This document shows, piece after piece, positions 61,686 through 64,000 of a DNA stretch of 64,000 nt (its first letter is position 1; each line of letters starts with the position of its first letter). The stretch is from NCBI GenBank assembly GCA_000002445.1, contig CH464491.1, forward strand, positions 2,368,001 through 2,432,000, read 5' to 3'. The translations under genes and the position numbers were made by a program. Origin of the DNA: Trypanosoma brucei. Taxonomy: Eukaryota. A model generated the notes under the pieces. It had not been told where the DNA came from, ran no database searches, and saw only the letters and a program-made list of their open reading frames with translations.

Positions 61686-63137
61686 TTGGCATCAGAGGGA
61701 ATTCGCTTCTCTGCACTGGGTGAAGGAATGACGGGGTTCCGTCTCCCGGTAGTTGGGCACCAGTACTGTGTCCTTTGTCCGGTGTGTAGCAACACTGTTT
61801 CGTTTAGTTGTCAGAGTGCCAATATTTACGGTGTGAAATGTTATTTGTGCCATACACACATTAATCTGCAGAACCCCTCGGAGCCACTAACCCCAGATGA
61901 CCCCGGTGTCCTTCCCAAGCACAGTTTTGATGATAGCGTTAGCAGCAGGGGAGTGCGTTATTCTATGGAGGTGAGGGAATCAAGTGGTGGCTCGGCAAGC
62001 GCCCAAGTCGCCATGCTGATAAGCAAAATGACCAAGGAGCAAAGACATATCATGTCAAAAGGTCCGTACAGCGAAGTACAAGAGGTCTTCTCGGCTCGCC
62101 GTATCCAAGCGATATCAGATAAAATATGGTTTCTGCACCCTCTGGTTTACTGTGTTGAATATCTTTTCTTTGGTGATAAACCGGTAGCGGAGGTAGGCAA
62201 TGTCCGTCTTTTTCGTCGCGAGTTTCCCGTTGTGGGCCATTTTTACATACCTGTGGTTAAAACTTCCACCTCTTCTGCCGTTCCACTCACCATTATTATC
62301 GTGTTTACAGGCGTCCTCACATACATTACACACGTTGTGGGCGAACCGCACTTGTGGCACAATATGAAGCTTATCTTTATGCTGTTTTTGCCCCTTTGTG
62401 GATCACTGTGGGCAACAGTGTACAGCGACCCTGGGTACGCGCGACCAACCTTCCCGTCCGTTCCCTCCCTAGCAGCTGATGGTCCATCGCCGTGGGAAGT
62501 GGAGGGCGGGGTGCAGCAGGAGCGTGAGAGTTCCTGGGAAGATGTAAATGGACAAAGCGTGGAACGGCGTTGGTGCAGTGCCTGCGGGATTCATCGCCCA
62601 CTTCGTGCAGCGCATTGCTATTTCTGCGGAATGTGCGTTAATGAGCAGGATCACCATTGTGGTGTTATTGGCGTGTGTGTTGGCCGTCGAAACATCGGTA
62701 TGTTCCTTTTGTTTGTCCTTATTTGCATCGCCGCTATGGTACTTACGGTCACAACTGCGGCGCTGGTGCTTCGCAGTTGTGTCTCGCAAAACATGGGTGG
62801 GATGGATGCCGCTGCCGCCGATAGTAAGGGTAGGGGATGCAAAGCGATGACACCTCTTCTCTATGCACTTTTAGTTACAACACTGGTTGTGGCTGTTTTC
62901 CTTCTTCTTGGGACACTGCCTTTGTTTGTTTCTGTGATAGCTGGTGTTTTAACAGCAACAACAACAAGGGAGCGTCTGAAACACATATACCCTAGTGGCC
63001 GGAGTCCGTTTGACAGGGGTATTCTGCGCAACGCGTGGGACTTCATAACACGAGGAAAGCCCGCCTCTATTATTGATGACAGGTTCGTTTCTCAGTGCCT
63101 AATGCAAGCGGAGAAGGCAGATGATTTCATACTGTAA
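61686..63137 (+). CDS. DHHC-type protein S-palmitoyltransferase
   Basis: CSACGIHRPLRAAHCYFCGMCVNEQDHHCGVIGVCVGRRN is the DHHC cysteine-rich domain, flanked by hydrophobic helices. 483-aa ORF; the true start may be an internal Met. Confidence 0.85.
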   Translation: MASEGIRFSALGEGMTGFRLPVVGHQYCVLCPVCSNTVSFSCQSANIYGVKCYLCHTHINLQNPSEPLTPDDPGVLPKHSFDDSVSSRGVRYSMEVRESSGGSASAQVAMLISKMTKEQRHIMSKGPYSEVQEVFSARRIQAISDKIWFLHPLVYCVEYLFFGDKPVAEVGNVRLFRREFPVVGHFYIPVVKTSTSSAVPLTIIIVFTGVLTYITHVVGEPHLWHNMKLIFMLFLPLCGSLWATVYSDPGYARPTFPSVPSLAADGPSPWEVEGGVQQERESSWEDVNGQSVERRWCSACGIHRPLRAAHCYFCGMCVNEQDHHCGVIGVCVGRRNIGMFLLFVLICIAAMVLTVTTAALVLRSCVSQNMGGMDAAAADSKGRGCKAMTPLLYALLVTTLVVAVFLLLGTLPLFVSVIAGVLTATTTRERLKHIYPSGRSPFDRGILRNAWDFITRGKPASIIDDRFVSQCLMQAEKADDFIL

Positions 63138-64000
63138 GGGTGGGCAATGTGCACCGTTGTCGAGGTATGGCACCCTCGAACTTCAACGCGGTTATTTGGT
63201 GTTGCCTCAGTCAATACTTCATTGGGTTCCCTTTACACAAATGGGGCGCCGCCCTATGGACCTCAGTTGTTGAAGGTTACCTCGTTGAAGTGAGTCTCAG
63301 GGAAATACACGCGGAGAGAACTGCAACGGCATGTCAGAAATCTCGGGGTCAAAAAGGGGAACCTCTCAAATGTTCGCTGCACACTGCGGCTGCCATGACA
63401 CACAGTGATATATACGACGATCATCATCCTTTATTTGGGTAACGGCAAAAAAACTTACCGTGTTTTGTGGAGAGATCACAAGGTTTACCCCGATGCCCTG
63501 GTGCGGACACACGATGAGGCAAAGGGCAGTGCGGCATATATATGTTACCCTTACTTCCCTCCCCTAACCACCTATGTTTTTCCATTTAAAGGAAATCTGC
63601 TTCTTGGATTGTGGCTCGTGTGACACACGTGATTTTTCCCTTCACCCCGCTTTCCTTCACCCGTTCCCACTTTCTAATCCTTCCTATGCATTCCACAACG
63701 AACGCACATGTACGCATACTTGGGTTTAAGGGGAAGCACGTAGCTGCCGTCCCTCTAACTGCTCAGTTACTGTTTCTGTGTTAGGGTGCTTGACAAGTAA
63801 ATTATACGGTTGTATTTATTTATACGCAAGCATCTGTAGAGATCACAGGGGCTATTTTTAGTAGTTTTTTTAATTTCTGCCCTTGGATTGCGACACATTA
63901 GCGCTACCCTTACGATATTAACATAGCTAAGGAGAGGGCCCGTAGTTGAAATGGGAGCCGACGACGAGCAGCAGAGGAACAAAAGCCATAAGGCCCGTGT

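Noticed and set aside
1-64000. CRISPR arrays, restriction-modification, toxin-antitoxin or other prokaryotic defence systems
   Set aside because: The sequence is kinetoplastid nuclear DNA. No direct-repeat/spacer architecture is present. The only regular repeats are the ZIP gene array and microsatellites.

Overview
This window reads as nuclear DNA from an African trypanosome of the Trypanosoma brucei group, not a prokaryote. The evidence is a near-canonical ingi/RIME non-LTR retrotransposon, intron-less densely packed genes on one strand with polypyrimidine/AG tracts before each CDS, and eukaryote-specific proteins (DPCD, DHHC palmitoyltransferase, PDCD5, BCCIP, a possible CEP76-like protein). 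CRISPR and other prokaryotic defence-island concepts therefore do not apply.

Layout:
- A short + strand gene block covers 0.7-3.7 kb: a CHAP-amidase-like protein and a secreted coiled-coil protein.
- An ORF-poor GC-rich stretch follows.
- A full-length ingi element lies on the minus strand at about 7116-11053. It is interrupted by a 100-N assembly gap and carries a 2A-like DVEENPGP motif. It sits head-to-head with an inverted 5'-only ingi fragment at 12322-12564.
- From 14.5 kb to the end, one + strand polycistronic unit encodes GDPD, a TMEM50-like protein, a C2/transglutaminase-like protein, a DEAD-box helicase, Sua5/YrdC, an RNA polymerase Rpb11/AC19-like subunit, DPCD, a Ser/Thr kinase, an LRR protein, a 1293-aa hypothetical, RpiB, an EF-G-like mitochondrial GTPase, then the ZIP cluster, then PDCD5, a BCCIP-like protein, a J-domain protein and a DHHC palmitoyltransferase.

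The most notable structure is a tandem cluster of ZIP-family metal transporter genes at 45.4-57.2 kb. It contains one diverged copy with a Cys-rich loop, one truncated 3' fragment, and four near-identical copies of two unit types. The copies differ by His-tract length, by an in-frame loop replacement and by gene-conversion-like chimerism.
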